Shown here: positions 9,678 to 20,594 of the stretch, piece by piece
How the letters are laid out: every line of letters starts with the position of its first letter
Numbering within the stretch: the first letter of the stretch is position 1
Notes under the pieces: model-generated
Databases searched by the model: none
What the model was told of the DNA's origin: nothing
The model's input: only the letters and a program-made list of their open reading frames with translations
Program-made: the position numbers and the translations under genes
NCBI GenBank assembly: GCA_025353625.1
Contig: JANXOJ010000534.1
Location: forward strand, 1 to 44,561
Length of the DNA stretch: 44,561 bases
Direction of reading: 5' to 3'
Source: Planctomycetota bacterium
GTDB taxonomy: Bacteria > Planctomycetota > Planctomycetia > Pirellulales > Thermoguttaceae

Positions 9678-11504
9678 CTACGGCTTGTTCACCTTGATGC
9701 TCAACTCCCTTAACTGCTTCGCATCGACTTCGCCGGGGGCACCGGTCATCATGTCGGTGGCCCGCTGGGTCTTGGGAAAGGCGATCACGTCGCGGATGTT
9801 GTCGAGCTTTCCGAAAAGCATGACGACGCGGTCGATTCCCAAGGCGATGCCTCCGTGCGGCGGGGCACCAAATTGAAGCGCGTCGAGGAGGAAGCCGAAA
9901 CGCTCCTTGGCCGTTTCGCGATCGATGCCCAAGAGATCGAAGACGTGCTGTTGGATTCCTTGATCGTGGATACGAATCGTACCGCCGCCCGCCTCGTAGC
10001 CGTTGATGACCAAGTCGTAGGCCACGGCCCGACATTTGCCGGGGTCGGTGGTCAACATGGCCAAGTCTTGCGGCCGCGGCGCGGTGAAGGGGTGGTGCAT
10101 TGCCGCCCAGCAGTCTTCTTCTTCGTCCCGAGCAAACATGGGGAACTCGACGACCCACGAGAAATTCATGACGTTGGGATCGTAGAGTTTCAAATCGACC
10201 GCCAGCCGCTTCCGCAAGGCATAGAGCGCCTTGCAGGTGACCTCAAACTTGTCGGCCACAAAGAGCAGGAAGTCGCCCGGCTCGGCACCCATCCGCTGCG
10301 ATATCTTGGCCAATAATTCCGGGCTGAAGTTCTTGGCAATCGGCGAAGCGAGCGAGCCGCCTTCTTCGACCTTGAACCAAGCCAAGCCCTTGGCTCCAAA
10401 GTTTTCAACGATGAACGCCGTCAACTCGTCGATATCCTTACGGGAATAGCGGGCGGCCGCTCCCTTGGCGTTCATACCGCGGACCCGATTGCCGGAGTCC
10501 GCCGTCTCGCGGAAGACGCGGAACTCGGCTTCCTTGGCCAGATCGGTGGCGTCGATCAGTTCCATGCCGAACCGCAGATCGGGTGCATCGTGGCCAAAGC
10601 GCTCCATCGCTTCGTCGTAGGTCATGCGCGGCAGCGGTAGCTTGAGTTCGATGCCGAGAACATTCTTTGCCAAAACGGCCATTAGCCCGTCGATCATGCC
10701 GATAATGTCGTCTGCCGTGACGAACGACATTTCCATATCCAACTGCGTAAATTCCGGCTGGCGGTCAGCTCGCAGGTCTTCGTCGCGAAAGCAGCGGGCG
10801 ACCTGGATGTAACGATCGTAGCCGGCAACCATCAGAATTTGCTTATAGAGCTGCGGCGACTGCGGCAAAGCATAGAAGTGACCCTGCACCACGCGGCTGG
10901 GCACCAGGTAATCGCGGGCACCTTCGGGCGTGCTGCGGCCGAGCATGGGAGTTTCGACCTCGATGAACTGCTGTTCGTCGAAGTAGTCGCGCATCGTCTT
11001 GACGATACGGTGCCGCAGGAGGAGCGTCTGCTGCATCTTCTGGCGGCGAAGGTCAATATAGCGATACTTTAGCCGCAAATCTTCGCCCGGCAGTTCGGAA
11101 GTGCCCGGCTGAAACGGCGGTGGGGCACTCTTGTTAAGAATCTCCAGATGGCGGACGCGAAGTTCGATCGCGCCCGTATCGAGCTTAGAGTTCACGGTCC
11201 CCTCGGGCCGGTGTGCGACTTCGCCGCGAACCAGGATCACATCTTCACTGCGAAGCGACTTCGATTGCTGCAACGTTTCGTCGCCGCGCTCCGGCGTGAA
11301 AACGACCTGCGTCTTGCCGTACCGATCGCGGAGGTCGGCGAACAGTACCCCGCTATGGTCGCGATAGGTATCGACCCAACCGCACAAAGTTACCACTTGA
11401 CCGACATGCTCGGCGCGAAGTCCGCCGCAAGTTTGTGTCCGCAACAAAATCAAAATCCCTTCAAAAGTCGATTGCCGCGACAACCTAACCCGAATAGGGG
11501 CCAA
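9678..11504 (-). CDS. aspS: Aspartyl-tRNA synthetase
   Basis: This is a class II aaRS with an N-terminal OB anticodon-binding domain (LRTQTCGGLRAEHVGQVVTLCGWV). It also carries FRDEDLRADRQPEFTQLD and GGIALGIDR. Homologues usually start at MLRT..., so a TTG start near 11447/11444 is plausible instead of the ATG at 11504. Confidence 0.95.
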   Translation of the reverse strand: MAPIRVRLSRQSTFEGILILLRTQTCGGLRAEHVGQVVTLCGWVDTYRDHSGVLFADLRDRYGKTQVVFTPERGDETLQQSKSLRSEDVILVRGEVAHRPEGTVNSKLDTGAIELRVRHLEILNKSAPPPFQPGTSELPGEDLRLKYRYIDLRRQKMQQTLLLRHRIVKTMRDYFDEQQFIEVETPMLGRSTPEGARDYLVPSRVVQGHFYALPQSPQLYKQILMVAGYDRYIQVARCFRDEDLRADRQPEFTQLDMEMSFVTADDIIGMIDGLMAVLAKNVLGIELKLPLPRMTYDEAMERFGHDAPDLRFGMELIDATDLAKEAEFRVFRETADSGNRVRGMNAKGAAARYSRKDIDELTAFIVENFGAKGLAWFKVEEGGSLASPIAKNFSPELLAKISQRMGAEPGDFLLFVADKFEVTCKALYALRKRLAVDLKLYDPNVMNFSWVVEFPMFARDEEEDCWAAMHHPFTAPRPQDLAMLTTDPGKCRAVAYDLVINGYEAGGGTIRIHDQGIQQHVFDLLGIDRETAKERFGFLLDALQFGAPPHGGIALGIDRVVMLFGKLDNIRDVIAFPKTQRATDMMTGAPGEVDAKQLRELSIKVNKP

Positions 11505-11817
11505 GGTTAAATTCCGGCGAGAGACCCAATTCTAGCTTGCCGCAGCAGAAGCGGGAAGGATGGGAGGATGACGGTATCGTCGCCGGTATCGTCGTTTGCG
11601 GTCCCGGCTTCTGCCGGAATCTGTGTCATTTTTCCGCCTCGAAGCGGGGCTACAAACGATCGCGCAGCAACTTTGCCGTGATTCTTGGGACTTCAGACGG
11701 TTCCGTTATTCTATTTGTTTGACAATTGGTTTTGGCCCTTCCCCCGCGAGCGTGCAGGTGGTGGCAGGGGGTGCCGGGCATGCTCGCAAGTCCGTGAAGT
11801 TGTTATGTGGCAATCGT

Positions 11818-12753
11818 TTAAGCCAACTGAATTTGCTCCGCGACCGCCTCCGCATCAACTTCGCCTACTAACGGCATAAAACGACACTCGCTCAAGCTGC
11901 GGAACCATGTCGCCTGCCGCTTGGCAAGTTGTCGGCTGTGGGTTTTTACCAAAGTGATGGTCGCGGTCAAATCGTGCTCGTCGTGCAAATAGTCGATCAC
12001 TTCGGCATATCCGACCGCCTGCCGGGCAGTTCGGCTCATTTCGGGCGAATGGGTCAAAAGCTGCCGCACTTCATCGACCAATCCGTCGGCGAACATGGCG
12101 TCAACCCGACAATCGATCCGGGCATGCAGCTCCTCGCGCGGTCGATCGAGCACGAAAACGCGACAGGCATCGGCGGGAAGCCCTCGCTCGAACTGCTGTT
12201 GGAGCGAGCTAATCGTCTGACCGGTCTTCTCAAAGACCTCCAAGGCCCGGATGATTCTTCGTGCGTCGTTAGGATGAAGTCGGGCGGCGGCAATCGGATC
12301 GACTTCGGCCAGTTTTTTGTGCATCCAGTCCGGCTCCCGCGATGTGGCTTCCGCCATCACAGCGCGACGAAAGTCCCAATCGGCGGTCGGCCCTTCAAAA
12401 ACGCCCCGCAAAAGGCCTTTCAAATAGAGGGGCGTGCCTCCCACAAAGAGTACGCGACGGCTCCGCGCCTTAATTTCGATGGCAACCTGTTTGGCCGCGT
12501 CAAGATATTGAGCTAGGCTGAAATCTTCGTGCGGTGCGGCCACGTCAATGAGATGGTGCGGAATCCGTCCGCGTTCCGCGCGCGTCGGCTTGGCAGTGCC
12601 GATGTCCATGCCGCGAAATAAGGCCATGGAATCCATCGAAATGATTTCCGCCCCCAGCCGCTGGGCAAGGGCAAGGCCAACCGCCGACTTGCCGACCGCA
12701 GTCGCGCCGCTAAGAAACCAAGCATCGGTGGCAAAAGGCACGGCTATAGTCAT
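11818..12753 (-). CDS. miaA: tRNA dimethylallyltransferase
   Basis: P-loop GATAVGKSAVGLALAQRLGAEIISMDSMALFRGMDIGTAKPT, followed by PHHLID and GGTPLYLK. Confidence 0.92.
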   Translation of the reverse strand: MTIAVPFATDAWFLSGATAVGKSAVGLALAQRLGAEIISMDSMALFRGMDIGTAKPTRAERGRIPHHLIDVAAPHEDFSLAQYLDAAKQVAIEIKARSRRVLFVGGTPLYLKGLLRGVFEGPTADWDFRRAVMAEATSREPDWMHKKLAEVDPIAAARLHPNDARRIIRALEVFEKTGQTISSLQQQFERGLPADACRVFVLDRPREELHARIDCRVDAMFADGLVDEVRQLLTHSPEMSRTARQAVGYAEVIDYLHDEHDLTATITLVKTHSRQLAKRQATWFRSLSECRFMPLVGEVDAEAVAEQIQLA

Positions 12754-12915
12754 TCCAGCCTAGGTAGGGGCTAAATTCGACCGACTCGGAGGTCCGTCCT
12801 ACGTATCACTTTAACCTGTGCGGGATATACAGTACAATCGAGGAAGCGTTCCGCACGGCTACGGACGCCACGGATTGCACGTTTCTGGGCACGTTTCGGC
12901 TGTTGGGTATGAAAA

Positions 12916-14157
12916 ATGTCGGCTGATTGGTTCTGCAAAATTGGTGAAAAGAAAATCGGCCCCCTGAACGGCCAGCAACTCAAGACGGCAGTCGCCAAGG
13001 GCCAGCTAAAGCCCGAACATCATGTGCGGCTTGGCGATGCCGGTCCTTGGGTTCCGGCGGGCCGGATTAAGGGGCTTTTCCCGGAAGTGCCATCGACGCC
13101 AGCACCCGAGGCCAAGCGGGCACTGCCTGCAACAGCCAAGCCGCTTGGGCCGACTACCGGCGGCAAGCCCGCCACCGCGAAAGCAATGCCCTTGCCGAAT
13201 CCCTTGCCGACGGCCGCCGCAGCACCCATTCCGCCGTCCGTAGCAGCACCGTCGCCAGCCGACGTGCCCGAGGAGTTTAGTTTGGGCGGTCATCAAAAAC
13301 ATGCGACGATGAACGTCCACGACTTCGGTTTTGAATCTGCTCCGGTCAACGTTTCAAAGCGCAAGAGTAAAGGGGTACAAGGTCTGAAGAAGGCGGAGCA
13401 GCAAAAGCTGAACGTCATCCTTTTGAGCGTGATCGGAGTGGGGACAACCTTTGGCATAGCAGTCTTTATTTGGGGCATTGCGTCGGGCAAGCTGACATTC
13501 TCTTCGCCGGAAAAGAAGGTCGCGGACCCGACCGAAGCGGCAACTGCGGCTGCTAGTGCGCCGCCGACCGAGGCCGAAAAGAAAGCCGTGGAAGCAAAGC
13601 TTGCTGCCAAGAAAGAGGCCGAGACCTGGAAGAGTATCAACGATAAGATCGTCGTCGGCAAGGTCGAGGTAACCATCCTCAAGCCGTCGGTCGAGGCATC
13701 GCCCGCGGAGGCCAAATCCGATAAGCCCCAGTCCCTCATCGTGCCGATCAAGCTAAACCTCAAAGAAGGAGACACGACGCCCGTCGACTTCTCCGGCTGG
13801 GACGACGATGCCATTCGTAAGAATATTTCGCTCAAGGACGATCAGAAAGGTTCGTACCCCTTGCTCGCCCAGCTTTTTGTTAGCGGCAATGCGAAGTCGA
13901 TCGGCACGAAATGGCTGCAATTGAAACTGGTCTTTCCGGCACCATCGAGCGATAAACTAAAGCTTTTCCACCTGGAATTGCCTGCAGCCGCGTTCAGTGG
14001 GGAGGGCATGATCCGTTTTGGTTTCAAGCCGAACGAGATTACGAAGCCGACGGGTGAGGCGAAGGCCGCTTCGGATGGGGCGGAAGGCACCAAGCCCGCG
14101 ACGAGCAAGAAGCCCGCAGCGGCAGCCAAGAAAAGCGACGAGGATTCCGTTTTTTAA
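12916..14157 (+). CDS. GYF_2 (DUF4339)-type N-terminal domain protein with one TM helix
   Basis: The N-terminus WFCKIGEKKIGPLNGQQLKTAVAKGQLKPEHHVRLGDAGPWVPAGRIKGLF fits the GYF_2 pattern. A P/A-rich linker and a TM helix (LNVILLSVIGVGTTFGIAVFIWGIA) follow, then a C-terminal domain of unknown function. Confidence 0.7.
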   Translation: MSADWFCKIGEKKIGPLNGQQLKTAVAKGQLKPEHHVRLGDAGPWVPAGRIKGLFPEVPSTPAPEAKRALPATAKPLGPTTGGKPATAKAMPLPNPLPTAAAAPIPPSVAAPSPADVPEEFSLGGHQKHATMNVHDFGFESAPVNVSKRKSKGVQGLKKAEQQKLNVILLSVIGVGTTFGIAVFIWGIASGKLTFSSPEKKVADPTEAATAAASAPPTEAEKKAVEAKLAAKKEAETWKSINDKIVVGKVEVTILKPSVEASPAEAKSDKPQSLIVPIKLNLKEGDTTPVDFSGWDDDAIRKNISLKDDQKGSYPLLAQLFVSGNAKSIGTKWLQLKLVFPAPSSDKLKLFHLELPAAAFSGEGMIRFGFKPNEITKPTGEAKAASDGAEGTKPATSKKPAAAAKKSDEDSVF

Positions 14158-14253
14158 TTGCCCCCCTCGCGCGCTTGCACTCCGCGGCCCGGCGAACGAT
14201 AATAGCCGCAATCTTCCTGGAATGACTCTCGATCCATTGAAAAAGGGTGACGC

Positions 14254-17244
14254 ATGAAAACAATCAATCCGCCACAGAATGGCACCGCCGTATCGTTTCA
14301 AATTCCCTCACCCTCGGCATCTCTCCCGTTTACGAAAGCGGGGAGTTGTTTCGCGCTGGGGCTGGTGCTCCACGCCGCAATTCTCTTGGTTCCAATCATC
14401 GCACGATCGGCCGCTGCCGCAAGCGACCGCGTTACGATCAATTTTGATCGCGACTGGCGGTTTCATCTCGGTGAAGTCGAAAATGGCCAAGCTACCGAGA
14501 CCAACGACTCCGACTGGCGGAAACTGGATGTGCCGCACGACTGGAGCATCGAAGGCGAAAACACGGCCGAAAGAACGAACCTGCCGATGCTCAGCATCGT
14601 CGAAGGCAAGTGGTCGTTCCATCGTGGCGACAATGCCGATTGGAAGTTGCCCAAGACCAAACTGGAGGGCTGGGAAACGGTCGCGCTGCCGGCATTTTGG
14701 AACGATCACTCGAACTACAACGACCGGAATTGCTTCGGCTGGTATCGCCGCACGATTACAATTCCCCAGGAAATGCAGGGCAAGACGATCCTTCTCAATC
14801 TTGGCCGCATCGACGATTGCGACGAAGCCTTTGTGAACGGCAAGAAAATCGGTTCCACCGGCCACATGCCGCCCAACTATTCAACCGCATGGGAGAACGT
14901 GCGACTCTATCGCGTCTATCCAAAACTATTGCACGCGGGCGAGAACGTCGTTGCCGTACGAGTCTATAACGGTGAGAGCAAGGGCGGCATGTACGACGCC
15001 GGTGCGACGACGATTAAGCCCGAGGGGCCATTCGATCCACTTTCGCCCGCCGGCGATGGCGGCGGATATCTCAACGGAGGCATCGGCTGGTATCGCAAGA
15101 CGTTCGATGCACCCAAGGAAGCCAAGGACCGTCGCGTCTCGATCGAGTTCGACGGTGCCTACATGGACAGCGATGTTTGGCTCAACGGCAAGCATCTCGG
15201 CAAGCATCCCTACGGGTACACGGGCTTTTCCTACGACCTGACCGACTCGCTCTTGCCCGAAGGAAAGAACGTTCTTGCCGTGCGGCTCAATGTGTCGCAG
15301 CCGTGCAGCCGCTGGTATTCCGGGGCGGGCATCTTCCGGCACGTCCGCCTTCAGGTGCTCCATCCGGTCCATATCGCCCACTGGGGCACCTATATAACGA
15401 CTCCCAAGATCGAGTCCGGCGCGGCCCAAGTGAACGTCGCCACGCGCGTGCGGAACGACGGCAAAGAAGCGGTTGAAGCGACGCTGTTTACCGAAGTCAT
15501 TGGCCCGGATGCCAAAGTAACACGAGCCAGCGGCGATGCAGCAAAGGTCGAAATTCCTCCTGGCGGCGAGAAGACGATCGAGCAGACCGTCACCGTGAGC
15601 CAGCCGCAGCTTTGGTCGATCGATTCGCCGCAATTGTACTGTGCCACGTCGCAAGTGACGGTGGCGGGCGAAACTTCCGACTTTACGACAACGAATTTCG
15701 GCATCCGAACCGTCGAGTTCACCAAAGATCGCGGTATGTTCATCAACGGCAAGCACGTGCCGGTCAACGGCGTGTGCAACCATCACGACCTGGGCTGCCT
15801 CGGCTCGGCGGTACACTTCAGGGCCATTCAGCGTCAGTTGGAAATCCTCAAGGGGATGGGCTGCAACGCCATCCGCACGAGCCACAATCCGCCCGATCCG
15901 GCCTTGCTGGACCTCTGCGACCGTATGGGTTTCGTAGTGATGGATGAAGCATTCGACGAATGGAAAAATGGCAAGACGCCGCTCGGCTACGGCCGCTTTT
16001 TCGACGAGTGGAGCGAGCGCGATATCGTCAGCATGTTGCACCGCGACCGCAATCATCCTTGCATCGTGCTGTGGAGCATCGGCAATGAGATTCCCGAACA
16101 AGGAAGCGGTCGCGGCGGCGCTATGGCCAAACGGCTGTCGGACATTTGCCATCGCGAGGATCCCACGCGGCTGACCACATCGGCATGCCACATGCCGGGG
16201 CCGGCCGATCGCAACGGTTTTGCCCAAGCCTTGGGCGTTTTTGGCATCAACTACAACATCGCCGCGTATCGCCAATTCAAGGACAAGTATTTGCTCATCG
16301 GCTCGGAGACTTCCTCGGCGTTAAGTACCCGAGATGAATACGGTCTGAAAGTTGGCGGCGATGGCAAGGTGCAAATCCAACGCGAGTTTGAACATCAGGT
16401 CACGTCGTACGATATCGTCGGCCCGCAATGGGGATATATCGCCGAGACCGATTTGCTGGCGTTGATGCACTCGCCGTGGGTGGCGGGCGAGTTCGTTTGG
16501 ACCGGCTTCGATTACATCGGCGAACCGACGCCCTTTCGCTGGCCCTCGCGAAGTTCATACTTCGGTATCGTCGACTTGGCCGGCTTTCCCAAGGACCGCT
16601 ACTACATGTATCGCAGCGTCTGGCGGCCCGAGCCGCTCGTTCACTTGCTGCCGCATTGGAATTGGCCCGGCTTGGAAGGCAAGGAGATTCCCGTTTGGGC
16701 GATGACGAATTGCGATTCGGTCGAGCTTTTTCAGGATGGCAAGTCGCTGGGTGAGAAGAAGCTCGATCGCGACAAGGCGTTGCACGTCGCGTGGAACGTG
16801 ACTTACAAAACCGGCACGTTGAAGGCCGTCGGTAAGAAGGATGGCAAGACCGTCGCAACCGATGAAGTTCACACGACCGGAAAGTCGGCCCGATTAGAGT
16901 TGCACGCCGATCGCGAAAAGTTCGCTGCCGACGGCGATGACTTGGCATTCGTGGAAGTTCGCGTCGTCGATGAACATGGAACGGTCTGCCCGGAGGCCGG
17001 CAATCTGGTCCAGTTCAGGGTTACCGGTCCGGCAACGATTGTCGGCGTCGATAACGGCGACCCCATCAACCATGAACCGTTCAAGGCCGACAAACATACC
17101 GTCTTTCATGGCAGAGGCTTGGTGGTCGTTCAATCCAGCCACACGCCGGGAGTTGTGCATCTGAGTGCCGAAACGGTGGGTATGCAGGAAGGCCCCATTT
17201 TGCAAATGGAAACGGTGGCTCCCGAAGAAAAGCCCAATAAGTAA
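14254..17244 (+). CDS. Secreted glycoside hydrolase family 2 (beta-galactosidase/beta-glucuronidase-like)
   Basis: Signal-like N-terminus. GH2 hallmarks are DWRFH, NAIRTSHNPP, an acid/base WSIGNE, IGSETSS and VWTGFDYIGEP. An extra jelly-roll insert lies near the N-terminus (FGWYRRTITIP...LNLGRIDDCDEAFVNGKKIG). Confidence 0.88.
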   Translation: MKTINPPQNGTAVSFQIPSPSASLPFTKAGSCFALGLVLHAAILLVPIIARSAAAASDRVTINFDRDWRFHLGEVENGQATETNDSDWRKLDVPHDWSIEGENTAERTNLPMLSIVEGKWSFHRGDNADWKLPKTKLEGWETVALPAFWNDHSNYNDRNCFGWYRRTITIPQEMQGKTILLNLGRIDDCDEAFVNGKKIGSTGHMPPNYSTAWENVRLYRVYPKLLHAGENVVAVRVYNGESKGGMYDAGATTIKPEGPFDPLSPAGDGGGYLNGGIGWYRKTFDAPKEAKDRRVSIEFDGAYMDSDVWLNGKHLGKHPYGYTGFSYDLTDSLLPEGKNVLAVRLNVSQPCSRWYSGAGIFRHVRLQVLHPVHIAHWGTYITTPKIESGAAQVNVATRVRNDGKEAVEATLFTEVIGPDAKVTRASGDAAKVEIPPGGEKTIEQTVTVSQPQLWSIDSPQLYCATSQVTVAGETSDFTTTNFGIRTVEFTKDRGMFINGKHVPVNGVCNHHDLGCLGSAVHFRAIQRQLEILKGMGCNAIRTSHNPPDPALLDLCDRMGFVVMDEAFDEWKNGKTPLGYGRFFDEWSERDIVSMLHRDRNHPCIVLWSIGNEIPEQGSGRGGAMAKRLSDICHREDPTRLTTSACHMPGPADRNGFAQALGVFGINYNIAAYRQFKDKYLLIGSETSSALSTRDEYGLKVGGDGKVQIQREFEHQVTSYDIVGPQWGYIAETDLLALMHSPWVAGEFVWTGFDYIGEPTPFRWPSRSSYFGIVDLAGFPKDRYYMYRSVWRPEPLVHLLPHWNWPGLEGKEIPVWAMTNCDSVELFQDGKSLGEKKLDRDKALHVAWNVTYKTGTLKAVGKKDGKTVATDEVHTTGKSARLELHADREKFAADGDDLAFVEVRVVDEHGTVCPEAGNLVQFRVTGPATIVGVDNGDPINHEPFKADKHTVFHGRGLVVVQSSHTPGVVHLSAETVGMQEGPILQMETVAPEEKPNK

Positions 17245-17321
17245 AATAGGCAAACTTTGACGGTTATTCCTAACGTTCCGGTGGCCGCGATGACGATTCC
17301 TTTAGACTGCGGGACCGTGTG

Positions 17322-17792
17322 ATGACTCATCACCCCTCGCACTGGGAGGATCGTGTGCGGCGGAATAACGGTGCATTGGCGGCTTGGGTGGCAACGGCGG
17401 GGTTTTTGGCTTTCGCTGCGTCCGGCTGCTGTATGCACTCACGTTCCCGTTGCGAACCGCAGGCTGAGCCGCCGGAAGTGGCCGAAGTTGTCGAGGCCGA
17501 GCCGCAAGGTCCGCCGGGGCCTGAATATCCGCGATTTCATCCGGTGCCCACGCGCCCTGTCTTCGCTCCCGAGGGTGTGGAGTTCGCTCCCGCGCCATCG
17601 ACCTCCGAGGCATCTACTTCTCCACAAGCGTCTTCCAATGAAGGTTGGCATTCCGCCGGAACAGGCAGCGGAGGTTCTCCAAATTGGGTATTTGCCTCGT
17701 CCATGCCGGAATCGGACCTCCGCAAAATGGAGCCTTCCGTCGAACGCCCCACGGACAATCGCCGCGCCGGCCGCTCCGCCCTCAGCCGATAG
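17322..17792 (+). CDS. Putative small lipoprotein, P/E/S-rich
   Basis: There is a hydrophobic N-terminus with a lipobox-like FAASGC. The rest is low-complexity and contains PRFHPVPTRPVF. No family was recognised. The listed ORF starts with GTG at 17319; the first ATG is at 17322. Confidence 0.4.
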   Translation: MTHHPSHWEDRVRRNNGALAAWVATAGFLAFAASGCCMHSRSRCEPQAEPPEVAEVVEAEPQGPPGPEYPRFHPVPTRPVFAPEGVEFAPAPSTSEASTSPQASSNEGWHSAGTGSGGSPNWVFASSMPESDLRKMEPSVERPTDNRRAGRSALSR

Positions 17793-18212
17793 GCCGGAAC
17801 AGGCTTTCCCCCCTTTACCACGGTCCTTCGTGGGAACGCACTCTCCAAGGCGCTCCGCGCCCATAACTTCTCGGATTGCAGTCCTTTACGCTTTAATAAT
17901 GGCCGCAGGAGCGGTCGGGCGTAGCGTCGTAACGGGGAACTATTCCAATCAGCCAGCTTTGGCAACATGGGCAGCCTATGCGGCTGGGGAAGATGCCGGT
18001 CAAGCGGTTCCTTCCGTATATCCGATTTAGCCAAAGTGTTACGGTACTTGCGTGTAATTGAAGCCAAGTGTCCGGTTGATTTCCTGCCGCCCAAAACCGT
18101 TGGGCGCGGTCGGCAGAATCTCAATCCAAGCAGCGTGAAGCCGCCCGAAACACGGTCGCGTCCGAAGGGAAGCGGCGAGCCCTTTGTCTCAACAACCGGT
18201 GACAGGACACTC

Positions 18213-19583
18213 ATGCTCGACCGATCGGCACGAACAATAACGCGGGCACGCTGGGGTCGCATTGCGCTTCCGGCCTTGGCTCTGTTTATCAACGCGCTAC
18301 CCAGCTTGGCTGGCGCATCGGACCATCGGCTGACACCGACTGTGCGAACTGCTCAGTCGGCACGTGCGTCGGTGGTCAGCATTCGCGGTGAAAAGACGGT
18401 GCCGGCGGCAAGTAATTCATCCGGTGCTTCGGATGCACCGCGCCGCGTCAACGGCATGGGTACCGGCGTCGTGATCGACTCACGCGGCTATATCCTCACG
18501 AACTATCACGTCGTCGACGGCGTCCGCGAGATCCAGGTGACGAACGCCGAAGGCAAACGCTATCAGGCTACGCTCGTTGCTCGCGACAGCGAAACCGACT
18601 TGGCCATCATCAAGATATCGAACCCGCAGAAGATGCAGGTAATTTCCGTCGGCACGTCGTCGGACTTGATGCCCGGCGAACCGGTCGTTGCCGTGGGCAA
18701 CGCCTACGGCTACGAGAACACGGTCACGCAGGGCATCGTGAGTGCCTTGCATCGAGCCGTACAAATCAGCGATGCTCAATCGTACGACGATTTGATCCAG
18801 ACCGACGCCCCGATCAATCCGGGCAACTCGGGCGGGCCGCTGATGAACATCGACGGCGAGATGATTGGAGTCAATGTGGCGGTGCGGGCAGGCGCGATGG
18901 GAATCGGATTTGCCATCCCGGTCGATAAAGCGATGAACATTGCAGCGACGCTGCTAGCGTCCAGCGGCGTGAAGTCGTGGCATGGCGTGGTTGCCGCTTC
19001 CGACGCCCCCGCATCACTATCGGGAATGAAAGTCGGCTCGATTGAAAAGAAAAGTCCTGCTGCCGAGGGCGGCTTGCAATCCGGCGACGTGGTTACTTCG
19101 GTGGACGAAACAGAGATTCGCCGCGCACTCGATTTTCAACGGGCTATTCTCGATCGCAAGCCGGGCGACAAGGTCGGTTTGACCGTGCAGCGCGACGGCA
19201 AGGCAGTCAACCTGAACCTGGTGCTAGCCGACTTCCCCGAGGCGGCCAAGCCCGCGACGAACGCTTCCTGGGAAGTTCTCGGCCTGGAACTTCGCACGAT
19301 GGCGACCACCGACTTCTCGCAACGGTTCCACACGCACTATCGCGGCGGACTGGTCGTATCGGATGTCCGGCCGAATAGCCCGGCCGCCGATCAAGGCATC
19401 CGCGCCGGCGATGTCCTGGTCGGCATGCACATTTGGGAAACGGTGTCGCTCGACAACGTAGCCTATATCCTCAAGCGACCCGACTTCAACAGCATTGCTC
19501 CCGTGAAGTTCTTCATCCTTCGCGGCAACGAAACGCTCTACGGCTACATGTCGGTGGGCATGAAGGTTGCTCGGCGACAGTAA
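18213..19583 (+). CDS. HtrA/DegP-family periplasmic serine protease with two PDZ domains
   Basis: The catalytic triad context is TNYHVV (His), DLAIIK (Asp) and GNSGGPL (Ser). Two PDZ-like segments are present (GDVVTSVD..., GDVLVGMH...). The signal-like start MLDRSARTI...ALALFINALPSLAGA is at 18213; the 82-aa upstream extension is not protein-like. Confidence 0.9.
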   Translation: MLDRSARTITRARWGRIALPALALFINALPSLAGASDHRLTPTVRTAQSARASVVSIRGEKTVPAASNSSGASDAPRRVNGMGTGVVIDSRGYILTNYHVVDGVREIQVTNAEGKRYQATLVARDSETDLAIIKISNPQKMQVISVGTSSDLMPGEPVVAVGNAYGYENTVTQGIVSALHRAVQISDAQSYDDLIQTDAPINPGNSGGPLMNIDGEMIGVNVAVRAGAMGIGFAIPVDKAMNIAATLLASSGVKSWHGVVAASDAPASLSGMKVGSIEKKSPAAEGGLQSGDVVTSVDETEIRRALDFQRAILDRKPGDKVGLTVQRDGKAVNLNLVLADFPEAAKPATNASWEVLGLELRTMATTDFSQRFHTHYRGGLVVSDVRPNSPAADQGIRAGDVLVGMHIWETVSLDNVAYILKRPDFNSIAPVKFFILRGNETLYGYMSVGMKVARRQ

Positions 19584-19590
19584 AGCGTCC

Positions 19591-20517
19591 ATGGAACAGC
19601 AATTTATCGCCTGGCTTCGCGAGCGTTTGCCACCCCATCCGCTCTTGCAATTGGGGCCTGGCGACGACGCGGCCATTCTGCGCATGGCGGGCGTCGATGG
19701 CTGCGTCATCACGGTCGACCTGCTTACCGATCGAGTCGATTTCATTCTCGCGGAGGTCGATCCGCGCCGCATTGGTCGCAAAGCCTTGGCGGTGAACTTG
19801 AGCGACCTCGCGGCGATGGCCGCACGACCCTTGGCCGCGGTGCTCGCCGTCGCCTTGCCGAAGAAGGGTGCCGGCGAGTTGGCCATAAAGCTTTACGAAG
19901 GCATCCTTCCGCTTGCCGAACGGTACGATCTGGCCATTGCCGGTGGCGATACCAATACGTGGGATGGCCCCTTGGTCATCACCGCCACGCTGCTCGGCCA
20001 AGTGACCGTGGATGGCCCGCTTTGCCGCAAAGGGGCCATGCCCGGCGACCGCATTCTCGTAACCGGCGCGTTCGGCGGCAGCATTCTTGGTCGCCAGTTT
20101 GACTTCGAGCCTCGCGTGCGTGAGGCGTTGCTACTCAATCGGCGGTACGATCTCCATGCGGGCATGGATGTCAGCGACGGATTGGCAATCGACCTTTCTA
20201 GGCTCAGCCGGGAAAGCGGTTGCGGGGCGATCGTCGAGACCGATCGCGTGCCGATTCACGCCGATTCCGTTCGGCTGGCTCGACAACAGAACGATGGCCG
20301 CACGCCCTTGGATCATGCCTTGGGCGATGGTGAGGATTTCGAGCTTATCCTGGCCGTCTCGCCCTCGGAAGCGGCAACAATGCTTGCCGATCAACCACTT
20401 GGCATACCCTTGACGGACATCGGCTCTTTCGGCGATACTCCAGGTCTGTGGACGCGCGGAAGCGACGGCCACATCGAGCCTTTGGCCGCCACAGGCTGGG
20501 AACATGCGTTTGAATAA
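19591..20517 (+). CDS. thiL: Thiamine-monophosphate kinase
   Basis: Motifs GPGDDAAIL, TVDLLTDRVDF, KALAVNLSDLAAMAARP and IAGGDTN are present. The ATG at 19591 lies 8 nt after the htrA stop. Confidence 0.88.
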   Translation: MEQQFIAWLRERLPPHPLLQLGPGDDAAILRMAGVDGCVITVDLLTDRVDFILAEVDPRRIGRKALAVNLSDLAAMAARPLAAVLAVALPKKGAGELAIKLYEGILPLAERYDLAIAGGDTNTWDGPLVITATLLGQVTVDGPLCRKGAMPGDRILVTGAFGGSILGRQFDFEPRVREALLLNRRYDLHAGMDVSDGLAIDLSRLSRESGCGAIVETDRVPIHADSVRLARQQNDGRTPLDHALGDGEDFELILAVSPSEAATMLADQPLGIPLTDIGSFGDTPGLWTRGSDGHIEPLAATGWEHAFE

Positions 20518-20594
20518 ACGTATTTATCTGGCTCCGCGAGATGCGATTGCGTACTCTACTTGCTCAATACCTTTTTCACATCGCGCGGAACGAG

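Noticed and set aside
14926-16275. A 449-aa ORF on the minus strand inside the GH2 gene
   Set aside because: It is fully antisense to a gene with strong family motifs. The product is R/A/G/V-rich with no recognisable motif, which is typical of shadow ORFs in GC-rich DNA.
17537-18292. A 251-aa minus-strand ORF and the 82-codon upstream extension of htrA (17967-18212)
   Set aside because: Neither has protein-like composition or motifs. The HtrA signal peptide begins at the Met at 18213.
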